This document shows positions 41,035 through 49,993 of a stretch of DNA of 64,000 nt, in pieces (within the stretch, counting starts at the first letter, position 1; the number at the start of each line of letters is the position of its first letter). The stretch comes from Spirochaetota bacterium (GTDB lineage Bacteria; Spirochaetota; UBA4802; JAFGDQ01). The DNA lies in the NCBI GenBank assembly GCA_043803405.1, contig JAZDKB010000015.1:128001-192000 (forward strand). The letters are read 5' to 3'. Below the pieces are notes generated by a model. The model made no database searches, was not told the DNA's origin, and worked only from the letters and a program-made list of their open reading frames with translations. The position numbers were made by a program, and so were the translations under genes.

Positions 41035-42131
41035 TAAAGAAAAACTTTGCTGGAAATATCATACTGCCGATCACTGTGGCAGCCCTGCTATTCGGGCTGC
41101 CGCTGCCAGTTCTCATATTATCTGGCCGACCGGTTGAAAGATACCTGGAGTTCCCACCTATAACAGATTATGCCCGACATGCAGGCTTCTCATGGACAGC
41201 GTTTGCCATTTTTACGGTTATCATACTTATCTTTGTTCTGCCCATAATAATATATTTTATAAAATACCTTGCAGCCTCCCGGATGGAGCATCAGCCTTCG
41301 CCAGGCTGCAGGCTGCCATGGTGGGGCAAGCTCGGCATTTTCGCAATGCTTCTCTTCTGGATAATCGCGTGGGGGCAGTTTGAAATATTCGGAAAGATCG
41401 GCAGGCATACGTTCTTTCCCCTGTGGCTTTCCTTTATAGCTGTTGTAAACTCGCTGCAATATGCAAGGACCGGAGCCTGCTTAATGACAGATCAAACGCG
41501 GAAGTTCATTCTGCTGTTTCCTGCAAGCTCGGTATTCTGGTGGTACTTTGAATATATAAACGGCTTCACTCAAAACTGGTATTATGTAGGTGCAGACTAC
41601 AGCCCTATGGTCTTTTTTGTGCTTTCGACAATTGCTTTTTCCACAGTGCTGCCTGCTGTTTCCAGCATTAACAGCCTGCTGCTCTCCTTCCCGTGTATAT
41701 CGAAAGGATTCAGCGGTATAATAAAAGTAAACTTCTCTGGTTCAATGATCCCTGCTTTAATGATACTGGTTATTTCATGTTCGGCCTTGCTTTTGATAGG
41801 AACATACCCGGATTATCTTTTCCCGTTTGTCTGGGTCAGTCCGTTCCTGATAATAGTTTCATTGCAGGCATTCTTAAGTGAGAAACACATATTCTCGGAT
41901 GCTGCTGACGGAGTCTGGGCAGGCGTTGTCTCTGCGGCTCTGGCTGCTCTTGTCTGCGGACTCTTCTGGGAAATGTGGAACTTCTACAGCCTGCCTAAAT
42001 GGCAGTACTCGGTTCCTCTCGTACACAGATTCCTGATATTCGAAATGCCTGTTCTCGGTTTCTCGGGTTATTTGCCGTTCGGGTTATTGTGCGTATCCGT
42101 AAGCAGAATGATCGGGATAAGGTTTGAATAA
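41031..42131 (+). CDS. Polytopic membrane protein of unknown function
   Basis: Multiple hydrophobic helices; repeated W..E..N....W.Y motif (FWWYFEYIN..NWYY; LFWEMWN..KWQY); ATGA overlap with previous gene. Confidence 0.7.
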   Translation: MIKKNFAGNIILPITVAALLFGLPLPVLILSGRPVERYLEFPPITDYARHAGFSWTAFAIFTVIILIFVLPIIIYFIKYLAASRMEHQPSPGCRLPWWGKLGIFAMLLFWIIAWGQFEIFGKIGRHTFFPLWLSFIAVVNSLQYARTGACLMTDQTRKFILLFPASSVFWWYFEYINGFTQNWYYVGADYSPMVFFVLSTIAFSTVLPAVSSINSLLLSFPCISKGFSGIIKVNFSGSMIPALMILVISCSALLLIGTYPDYLFPFVWVSPFLIIVSLQAFLSEKHIFSDAADGVWAGVVSAALAALVCGLFWEMWNFYSLPKWQYSVPLVHRFLIFEMPVLGFSGYLPFGLLCVSVSRMIGIRFE

Positions 42132-42155
42132 GAATATATCTTGCTAGATGATTCT

Positions 42156-42272
42156 TAAATGAGCTAATAGAATAATATCTATGGAGCAGGCGACAGGAAG
42201 TCGCCGGAACTGCGTAAAACAGGATGTTTTTTACGAAGTTCCGAAATAGATATTATTCTATTAGCTCATTTA
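42156..42272. mobile_element. 117-bp MITE-like element with perfect 27-bp terminal inverted repeats
   Basis: TAAATGAGCTAATAGAATAATATCTAT (42156-42182) and its exact reverse complement (42246-42272); TA ends; mobility is inferred. Confidence 0.6.
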
Positions 42273-42306
42273 TAGCACAATTAAAGATCTACTGAATTCA
42301 GTATAT

Positions 42307-42328
42307 TGGGCGAATGATTATTCGCCCA
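42307..42328. terminator. Hairpin between convergent genes
   Basis: TGGGCGAAT-GATT-ATTCGCCCA next to the stop of the DUF362 gene; weak U-tract. Confidence 0.5.
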
Positions 42329-42334
42329 TACAAG

Positions 42335-43399
42335 CTACACCTCAATCAAACTGTAATCCACACTCCCGAACTTAAGCTCGCGGGAATAATCAAGCTGAAA
42401 CCGGTATGGAATATTGTGCGCCATATCGGAGAACTTCTGTCCGGACCGCTGTTCAATAAGATCAAGGGAAGCCGCATCAGCAGCTACAGGATCGCGGGAG
42501 ATCACAACGCCGATATCCGGCATTATCTTTTTAAAGCTGTCCATGCAGTCGCAGTCTTTTGAAATGCGGGTCAGCATATTTATATAAATAGATTTACCCT
42601 TATAGAGTTCATAAACGCCCATAGCATGCTCAACGACCTTCTTCTGAAGCACTTCGTAAGTTGCGCCCCAGTTGTACTGAACAGCATCAAAACGGCATAT
42701 TGCAAGGCACTGGCCGCAGCCTATGCACTTTTCCTTATCGATGTCGGCAGTCTCCTCGCCGAGCGTTATAGCGTTTTCAGGGCACCACTTGGCGCACATA
42801 CCGCACAATGTGCACTTCTTTTTGTTGATCTTAGGCTTCGCGTTGGAATGCTGATCCAGTTTCCCTTTGCGGCTGGAACAGCCCATGCCCATATTTTTCA
42901 AAGCAGCACCGAATCCGGCAGCCAGGTGACCGGTAAAATGAGATACTAATACAAGCGCGTTGCACTTTGCCAAAAGCGCAGCTATTTTAACTGACTTGTA
43001 TATTTTGCCATTGATCGGGACTTCATATTCATCGTCCCCGAAAAGTCCGTCAGCCATGATGATCGGCATACCGGTCGAGTCAATGCGGAATCCCTGTGCA
43101 CTGGCATGAAGAAGATGCCTTATCGCATTATTCCTGTTCCCTTTATAAAGCGTGGATGTCTCTGTCAGGAAAGGTACACCGCCTTTTTTCCTGATTAAGT
43201 CTCCGAGCATTTTAAAATATACGGGACGTACATAACCCAGCCCCGCGACTTCCCCGAAATGCGTCTTTACTGCTGTAACGTCACGTTTATTAATTATATC
43301 CAGCAGGTTTTCCGAACTGAGAAGTCCTTCGAGCTTTCCGCATAAAACAGCGTCATCATCATTATCATTAGCTTTTAATAAATAAACCTTTTCGCTCAT
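42335..43399 (-). CDS. DUF362-domain protein with 2x[4Fe-4S] ferredoxin insert
   Basis: AVKTHFGE, SHFTGH, GAALKNMGMGC, CTLCGMCAKWCP, CIGCGQCLAIC, CDC, DPVAAD. Confidence 0.85.
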   Translation of the reverse strand: MSEKVYLLKANDNDDDAVLCGKLEGLLSSENLLDIINKRDVTAVKTHFGEVAGLGYVRPVYFKMLGDLIRKKGGVPFLTETSTLYKGNRNNAIRHLLHASAQGFRIDSTGMPIIMADGLFGDDEYEVPINGKIYKSVKIAALLAKCNALVLVSHFTGHLAAGFGAALKNMGMGCSSRKGKLDQHSNAKPKINKKKCTLCGMCAKWCPENAITLGEETADIDKEKCIGCGQCLAICRFDAVQYNWGATYEVLQKKVVEHAMGVYELYKGKSIYINMLTRISKDCDCMDSFKKIMPDIGVVISRDPVAADAASLDLIEQRSGQKFSDMAHNIPYRFQLDYSRELKFGSVDYSLIEV

Positions 43400-43406
43400 A
43401 ATCCCC

Positions 43407-44048
43407 CTACCTTATAATAAACTTATGTAATATCAAATAAGCGCATGCGCCTGTAATAATTAAAAAGACCGCGCCAATAACTATATATAAATATATATCA
43501 GGCCTGTTTTCTATTTCTGCCGAGCCGGAGCCGGCTGCCACTGCTGTAATTAATTTATCCTCTTTGTTAACGATAGTTTCGATTTTACCTTCCGGTTTCT
43601 TTTGCTTAATTTTCTCCGTCTTTCTGCGCTCGGCATTGGAAGTTACTCCTGATTTGCTTTTCTCTTTAGATTTAAAATGACTGTTATGATACTCCCATAA
43701 AACTTCCTTTTCAGTTTTACTCAGATTCTTTAATCCTTCATACTCGTTAAATTTGACTTCCTTTCCTGCATTTATCCTTTGCTTTGCCCAAGTAAGGTAA
43801 TCGTTTTTTAGCTGAATAACTCTTTTCTGATAATTAATATCCTCGCTTATCCATTTCTTTACATAGTCCTTCTTTTCATCTTTGTAAATCCCTTTTTTAA
43901 AATCCTGGTTCTGTTTTCTTTTAATATCCTCATAATGCTTGTATTGTTTCTGCGGCTCGCCGTTATCTTCATTATCTGCACTTAACTGATTGTTAAAATA
44001 CAGTAATATAATAAACAATAGGGTAAGATATTTTCTAATTCTTCTCAT
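43407..44048 (-). CDS. Hypothetical exported protein with C-terminal TM anchor
   Basis: N-terminal signal peptide, Lys/Glu-rich body, C-terminal hydrophobic helix. Confidence 0.6.
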   Translation of the reverse strand: MRRIRKYLTLLFIILLYFNNQLSADNEDNGEPQKQYKHYEDIKRKQNQDFKKGIYKDEKKDYVKKWISEDINYQKRVIQLKNDYLTWAKQRINAGKEVKFNEYEGLKNLSKTEKEVLWEYHNSHFKSKEKSKSGVTSNAERRKTEKIKQKKPEGKIETIVNKEDKLITAVAAGSGSAEIENRPDIYLYIVIGAVFLIITGACAYLILHKFIIR

Positions 44049-44167
44049 TGTATCTGGCCGGGATTTTGATTAGTTTGCTCCATTATTCGCCGGTTATAAA
44101 ATAATTTCAATTGTATTATTGTCCTGATGAACAAGCTAATTATAAAAAGCTATGGAGGCGTATTATT

Positions 44168-45250
44168 TTAATGAGGCAGCCCTTTGTAACTATGCATCAT
44201 TTTCGGCCTGCTGCCCGGCGAGTAACGAATGGTTCTGCCTATGGAGAGGATTTCCTTTTCCAGGTTACTCATAATCTCTGCAGCAGAAGCGACATCAATT
44301 CTGCCGGGGTAAATATCGTACCGGCTTTTATATATATCGGGTGTAAAGTCCGGCATAACAACATTTGCGCCAGCCTGCAATGCGTGGAGACGTCCGTGCT
44401 TGTGCATGGTCCCGAGCGCGGTCGTTGCCGGAATGTTCGTGTTGCGGGTGAGCAGACGTGCAACAGCCAGGACACGCAAAGTGAGCTCGTTATCGTCATT
44501 TTCAATACCGGCGAGCGGAGTATCCGGATGAGCGACAAAAGGCCCGATCCCCAGCATATCGGCATCAAGTTCCTTCATAAGCAGCAGATCATCTGCCAGT
44601 ATTTCGTAAGTCTGGCCGGGAAGGCCAACCATGTTTCCCGTGCCTGTTTCAAATCCAAGCTGTTTCAGCGAACGCAGACATTGCAGCCGTTTATCCATCT
44701 GGCAGCCTGGACGCAGAAACTTGTATAATTCATAAGAAGCTGTTTCATGTTTTAGAAGATAACGTGTTGCGCCCGCCTGCTTAAATGCCTGTAGTTCTTC
44801 AAAACTTCTCTCGCCTATGGAGAGCGTAATAATTAGGCCTGTTTCGCATATAATTCGTTCTATCAAACTGCATATTTTTTCTGTGGTATAGAAGGCGTCC
44901 TCGCCTGATTGCAGCACTACTGTAGGTATGTGCATCTTCTTTATTTCGAGCGCAGCAGCAAGAATTTCATCATCAGTCATCCGGTAGCGGCTTAAACCGG
45001 AATTGGCCTTGCGAAGCCCGCAGTAAAGGCAGTTGCGTTCGCAATAATTGGAGAACTCAATAATGCCGCGAAGATAAATCTCATCACCCATCTGCTTCTT
45101 TCTTACCCTGTCAGCGGCAGAGAACAGATCGGTAGAGTAATCCCTGTGCAGTGTTAGAAGCCCGACAATATCATCACGATCCAAATCATTGCCTGATTCT
45201 GCTTTAATCAACAGATCTTCGATCTCCTCTGATGTAAAAAAATCCTTCAC
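44168..45250 (-). CDS. hydE: [FeFe]-hydrogenase maturase HydE (radical SAM)
   Basis: RGIIEFSNYCERNCLYC, VLQSGED, YLLKHET, IPATTAL, GANVVMP, YDIY; adjacent to hydF. Confidence 0.9.
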   Translation of the reverse strand: MKDFFTSEEIEDLLIKAESGNDLDRDDIVGLLTLHRDYSTDLFSAADRVRKKQMGDEIYLRGIIEFSNYCERNCLYCGLRKANSGLSRYRMTDDEILAAALEIKKMHIPTVVLQSGEDAFYTTEKICSLIERIICETGLIITLSIGERSFEELQAFKQAGATRYLLKHETASYELYKFLRPGCQMDKRLQCLRSLKQLGFETGTGNMVGLPGQTYEILADDLLLMKELDADMLGIGPFVAHPDTPLAGIENDDNELTLRVLAVARLLTRNTNIPATTALGTMHKHGRLHALQAGANVVMPDFTPDIYKSRYDIYPGRIDVASAAEIMSNLEKEILSIGRTIRYSPGSRPKMMHSYKGLPH

Positions 45251-45295
45251 TATTTTCTCTGTGTTCTAAAATAACTATAATGTATGAGCTCTAGA

Positions 45296-46549
45296 TCATA
45301 TTTTCTTTTTTTGTATTTCTTTCTCAATTGCCATAAGTGCCGACGGGAAACATTCCAGGCTGCGTTTAAGAACGCCCTGTAAAAACGATATAGCAACTCC
45401 GTAATTGGTAACCGGTACACCGGCTTCCTGCGCCTTGCGCATCCGGCTCAGCATCTCTCGGCGATTAAGCATACATGCGCCGCAATGAATTATCAGTTTA
45501 TATTCTTTTAGATTATCGGGATAATCGCGGCCTGCGGAAACATCGATCTGGAGTTCCCCGCCGGCATACTGACGCAGCCAGCGCGGAATCTTTACCCGCC
45601 CTATGTCGTCCTCAAGCGCGTGATGAGAACATGCTTCGGAGATCAGAACCTTGTCGCCCGGCTTTAAATGTTCGATGGCCGCAGCGCCGGCAGCCATTGC
45701 AGGAAGGTCCGATTTCTGCCTGGCAAACAGAATTGAGAAGGTTGTTACCGGAATATTCTTCGGTACATCGGCTGTCACCTTTAGTATTGCCTGCGAATCG
45801 GTAACTACTACCGATGGCGGAATTTTGAGATTGGCCAGTGTTGCGGACAATTCTCTTTCTTTAACTACAATGGCTGAAGCGTCATTATCAAGTATATCGC
45901 GTATTGTCTGCACCTGGGGAAGTATTAGCCTGCCTTTTGGCGCCTGTAAATCAATAGGAACAACCAGCACTGCAAAACCGCCCGGCGGCAGCAAGTCGCC
46001 GATGAGAGACGGAGTTGCAATAAAATCCGCAGGAGCAACCTCAAGCAATTGATGTTTCAACTCTTCCAGATACACTTCCCTGCCTGCCTGCTCCGTGCAT
46101 GAAACCAGCAAAACACGGCTGATTTTCTGTTTAACAAGTTTAAGGAATTCATCCGTAGGCGAATGCAGATCAACTTTATTGATAACCATCAGCATGGGTA
46201 TATTGCGCTCGGTTGACTCTTTAACAACATGTTCCTCATAATCAGTCCATATACCGGCTTCGCCTACCAGAATAATCACATCCGCGTGATCGAACACGGT
46301 TGCGGTTTTCTTTATCCTGGCTCCGGAAAGTTCCGAAATATCGTCAAGGCCGGCAGTATCCAAAAACAGCACAGGCCCCAGGGGCAGCAACTCCATTGCT
46401 TTTTCAACAATATCGGTTGTCGTGCCTGCAACCGGGGATGTTATGGCAATATCCTGTCCCAGCATCAGATTCATAAGGCTGGACTTGCCGACATTGGTCC
46501 GGCCAAGCAGGGCAATGTGCAGACGATTTGCTTTCGGTGTTTTATCCAT
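45296..46549 (-). CDS. hydF: [FeFe]-hydrogenase maturation GTPase HydF
   Basis: GRTNVGKSS, GTTTD, DTAG, NKVD, APKGRLILPQ, EACSHH, HCGAC; likely start ATG 46549 overlapping the aspA stop. Confidence 0.95.
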   Translation of the reverse strand: MDKTPKANRLHIALLGRTNVGKSSLMNLMLGQDIAITSPVAGTTTDIVEKAMELLPLGPVLFLDTAGLDDISELSGARIKKTATVFDHADVIILVGEAGIWTDYEEHVVKESTERNIPMLMVINKVDLHSPTDEFLKLVKQKISRVLLVSCTEQAGREVYLEELKHQLLEVAPADFIATPSLIGDLLPPGGFAVLVVPIDLQAPKGRLILPQVQTIRDILDNDASAIVVKERELSATLANLKIPPSVVVTDSQAILKVTADVPKNIPVTTFSILFARQKSDLPAMAAGAAAIEHLKPGDKVLISEACSHHALEDDIGRVKIPRWLRQYAGGELQIDVSAGRDYPDNLKEYKLIIHCGACMLNRREMLSRMRKAQEAGVPVTNYGVAISFLQGVLKRSLECFPSALMAIEKEIQKKKI

Positions 46550-47924
46550 TGTTTTTATATCCAAGCGCTGTTAATGCAAAAGGAGCAAGGCATTTATCGA
46601 CGATTTCCTTTCCAAGTTTCTGCTCCAGAAAATTCCGCATGTTCTTTTCGCTGCCGGCGGAGAATTCGTTAATCAAGTCTGTCGCGTGTTCATATCCGAT
46701 TACAGGCAGAAAAGCCGTAATTATCATTCTGCTGTGATTAAAATATTCTTCGCACTTCGATTTATCGGCAACAATATTTTTTACGTGATCCGTTAATAGC
46801 GTATTGATATTTATCAGCAAGTCCAGAGACTCAAGAATAGAATCTGCCAAAAGTGGAAGAAATTCATTTATCTGCTGTGTACCGCGGGCTGCCGCATCCG
46901 TAATTATCGCGTCGTTCGCGATCACTTTTATTCCTACCTGAACAACCGCTTCAGCCATCACAGGATTTACTTTGCCCGGCATAACGGATGAGCCTGCCTG
47001 CAGTTCCGGAAGATGAATTTCGCCAAGAAAGTTCATCAGGCGCAGATCGTTTGCAATCTTTATCAGGTTAACTGCGTGAGCCTTAAGGATACCGGAAACC
47101 TCAACGAATGAATCGGCATGCGCCGTTTCTGCCATCACGTTCTCCCCGCGTGATAGCCCCAGCCCGGTAACATCCCGTAATTTTTCATTAACCAGAAAAA
47201 TATAATTGCGCGGAGCAGTAAGTCCGGTCCCGACTGCCGTTCCTCCAAGATTTATTACCCGCAGGCGTTCTTCGCATTTAAACGTCCTCCAGCGGTCCCT
47301 GGATATGGCCTCTGCAAATGCGGAAAATTCCGCGCCAAGAGTGATCGGCACTGCTTCCTGCAATTCCGTCCTTCCGAGTTTAACAATGCCTGCGAAGGCC
47401 TTTTCTTTTTCCTGGAATGCTCCCTGCAAGTGAGAAACAGCGTCTGCCAGAATACGCAAACGATAAATTGATGCTATTTTGATTGCGGTTGGATAAACAT
47501 CGTTCGTAGACTGATGAAGATTTACATCCTCCAGAGGATGGACAACAGCATAATCTCCTTTTTGCCCGCCAAGCAGTTCAATAGCGCGGTTTGCAATAAC
47601 CTCATTGATATTCATATTGGTAGAGGTCCCGGCTCCGCCCTGTAAAGCATCTACCGGGAACTGATCGGCCATCAAACCCGATGCGATCTCCGTACAGGCT
47701 TCTTCTATTGCATGGGCTTTTTCAGCAGGCAGAAATCCGGTTTCCGCATTTGCCATACAGCAGGCTTTTTTAACCAAAGCAAGGGCTTTAATGAGCGATT
47801 GATTTGTGAATTTCCCGCTGATACGGAAATTGTCAATTGCGCGTTTTGTATGAATTCCCCAATATACATTACGAGGGATTACCAGTTCGCCCAATAAATC
47901 TTTTTCTTTTCTTTGATCTGTCAT
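46542..47924 (-). CDS. aspA: Aspartate ammonia-lyase
   Basis: QGGAGTSTNMN, QSTNDVYPT, GGTAVGTG, GSSVMPGKVNP. Confidence 0.88.
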   Translation of the reverse strand: MTDQRKEKDLLGELVIPRNVYWGIHTKRAIDNFRISGKFTNQSLIKALALVKKACCMANAETGFLPAEKAHAIEEACTEIASGLMADQFPVDALQGGAGTSTNMNINEVIANRAIELLGGQKGDYAVVHPLEDVNLHQSTNDVYPTAIKIASIYRLRILADAVSHLQGAFQEKEKAFAGIVKLGRTELQEAVPITLGAEFSAFAEAISRDRWRTFKCEERLRVINLGGTAVGTGLTAPRNYIFLVNEKLRDVTGLGLSRGENVMAETAHADSFVEVSGILKAHAVNLIKIANDLRLMNFLGEIHLPELQAGSSVMPGKVNPVMAEAVVQVGIKVIANDAIITDAAARGTQQINEFLPLLADSILESLDLLININTLLTDHVKNIVADKSKCEEYFNHSRMIITAFLPVIGYEHATDLINEFSAGSEKNMRNFLEQKLGKEIVDKCLAPFALTALGYKNNG

Positions 47925-48094
47925 TGCAATTATTTACTCATTTTAACTCACTTCTTTATTAAAAAATAAGCCGCTTATTGACCCGGCATGAATCCAAAAA
48001 CAAATATATATTGAATTCATCTCCGGATCAATAAACACTGATTTTATCGATACTGTAAAAATAAAAGTCAACTAACTTGAGTAATTAAATTAAT

Positions 48095-48131
48095 AAAAAA
48101 AAGAGGTTTGCCGGTTAAGGTCAAACCTCTT
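48095..48131 (-). terminator. Intrinsic terminator after hydA
   Basis: AAGAGGTTTG/CAAACCTCTT stem with a T8 tract on the minus strand. Confidence 0.75.
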
Positions 48132-48151
48132 CTTTCCTGTGATCCTATACC

Positions 48152-49930
48152 TTATCCCAACAATCCATTCTCGTCCAGTTTTTTATGAGGCATATCTGTG
48201 CCTCTTTTTTTGTACTTAGTGTGAAGCAGTTTATGTGATTTATGTCCCAAAGGTTCTTTCAGGAATTTCTCATAGAGCTTCTTGACCGACTCATTTTCAT
48301 GAGACTGACGATGTTTCTGAACTTTACCATCGTCCGCATATAGAGCTAACGAACGTTTTTTGCGTATCTCGTTGTTTGTCGGAATCGGTTCGCCGCCGCC
48401 GGAAATACATCCGCCCGGGCAGCACATTACTTCAATAAATGCGTAACTTGCTTTGCCTGCGCGGATAAGATCCATCAGTTTACGCGCGTTCCCGAGACCG
48501 TGAGCTACAGCAAACTTGACATCACCGAGAGGGCCAACTTTAACAGTGGCTTCTTTAATGCCTTCAAGGCCGCGAACAGGTGTTATATCCAGACTAGGCA
48601 GATTCTCTCCTGTTACAACTGCGTATACAGTACGCAAAGCTGCTTCCATAACACCGCCTGTTGCTCCGAATATCGTTGCTGCTCCTGTATATTCTCCCAT
48701 CGGCGCATCATAGTCCTCATCTTTCAGATTCAGGAAATCAATGCCGCCTTCTTTTATCATGCGGCCTAATTCTCTTGTGGTTAAAACAAAATCCACATCG
48801 CGGAATCCGCTGCTGTCCATTTCTTCACGATTGCATTCTGTTTTCTTGGCTGTGCAAGGCATAATGGAAACGGAAACTATATTTTTCGGATCAATTCCTG
48901 CTGTTTCAGCATAATATGTCTTTGCAAGAGCGCCGAACATCTGCTGAGGCGATTTGCAGGTAGACAGATGATCAAGCAGATCCGGATAAAAATGTTCGCA
49001 GAATTTAATCCAGCCCGGGCTGCACGAAGTGATCATCGGCAGCTTGCCGCCTTCTTTAACTCTCTTCAGCAATTCATTGCCTTCTTCTATGATTGTAAGA
49101 TCTGCGGTAAAGTTGGTATCGAATACCTTATCAAACCCGAGACGACGCAAAGCTGCAATCATTTTGCCTGTTACAAGACTGCCCGGCTCCATACCGAATT
49201 CTTCGCCAAGTGCTGCGCGAATAGCCGGCGCTTCCTGAACAATTACATGTTTTGTCGGATCATTTAAAGCTTTCCAAACTTCATTAACATCATCTTTTTC
49301 GTAAAGCGCCCCAACCGGGCAAACAAGGATACACTGTCCGCAGCCAACGCAATTTGATTCTACCAGCGGCAGATTAAACGCCGGTGATACCTTTACATCG
49401 CTTCCGCGATACGCCGGAGTTAAAACGCTGACAGTCTGAATTTTATCGCATACCTCCACGCAACGGTGACATTGAATACATTTTCTGCTGTCTCTTACAA
49501 TCGAAGGGCTTGAATAGTCAATTACTCCTTCTTTCGGGAACTGAGTATAATCAAAACGGACTTCTCTCAACCCGACAAATTCAGCAACTTTCTGCAAATC
49601 GCAATTCCCGTTTCTTACACAAAAGTTGCATTCCTGTGGATGATTTGCCAGAAGCAGCTCTACTACCATTTTTCTCGCTTTTCTGACTTTCTCAGTATTT
49701 GTATGTATAACCATCCCTTCTGTAACAGGAAAAACGCATGATGCAACCAGGCTGCGCTGTCCGTCAACTTCGCTCATGCAAACGCGGCAAGCTCCCGGTT
49801 TATGGTTGAGTTCCTGCCAGGCACAAAGCGTAGGGATTTTAACCCCCGCCTTGTTTGCAGCTTCTAAAACAGTAGAACCTGTCTCAACCGCAACTTTTAT
49901 ATTATCAATGGTTACATTAACATTCGACAT
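48152..49930 (-). CDS. hydA: [FeFe]-hydrogenase catalytic subunit (multimeric group A, HydA/HndD-like)
   Basis: [2Fe-2S], His-ligated and 2x[4Fe-4S] motifs; H-cluster motifs TSCSPGW, MPCTAKKTE, EVMCCPGGCISGGGEP; start moved to ATG 49930 (AAGGAG SD). Confidence 0.94.
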   Translation of the reverse strand: MSNVNVTIDNIKVAVETGSTVLEAANKAGVKIPTLCAWQELNHKPGACRVCMSEVDGQRSLVASCVFPVTEGMVIHTNTEKVRKARKMVVELLLANHPQECNFCVRNGNCDLQKVAEFVGLREVRFDYTQFPKEGVIDYSSPSIVRDSRKCIQCHRCVEVCDKIQTVSVLTPAYRGSDVKVSPAFNLPLVESNCVGCGQCILVCPVGALYEKDDVNEVWKALNDPTKHVIVQEAPAIRAALGEEFGMEPGSLVTGKMIAALRRLGFDKVFDTNFTADLTIIEEGNELLKRVKEGGKLPMITSCSPGWIKFCEHFYPDLLDHLSTCKSPQQMFGALAKTYYAETAGIDPKNIVSVSIMPCTAKKTECNREEMDSSGFRDVDFVLTTRELGRMIKEGGIDFLNLKDEDYDAPMGEYTGAATIFGATGGVMEAALRTVYAVVTGENLPSLDITPVRGLEGIKEATVKVGPLGDVKFAVAHGLGNARKLMDLIRAGKASYAFIEVMCCPGGCISGGGEPIPTNNEIRKKRSLALYADDGKVQKHRQSHENESVKKLYEKFLKEPLGHKSHKLLHTKYKKRGTDMPHKKLDENGLLG

Positions 49931-49993
49931 AAAATAAATCTCCTTATATTTACCCCGCAGCACAAAACCCTGCGGGGTAATTCTTTGCATTAT

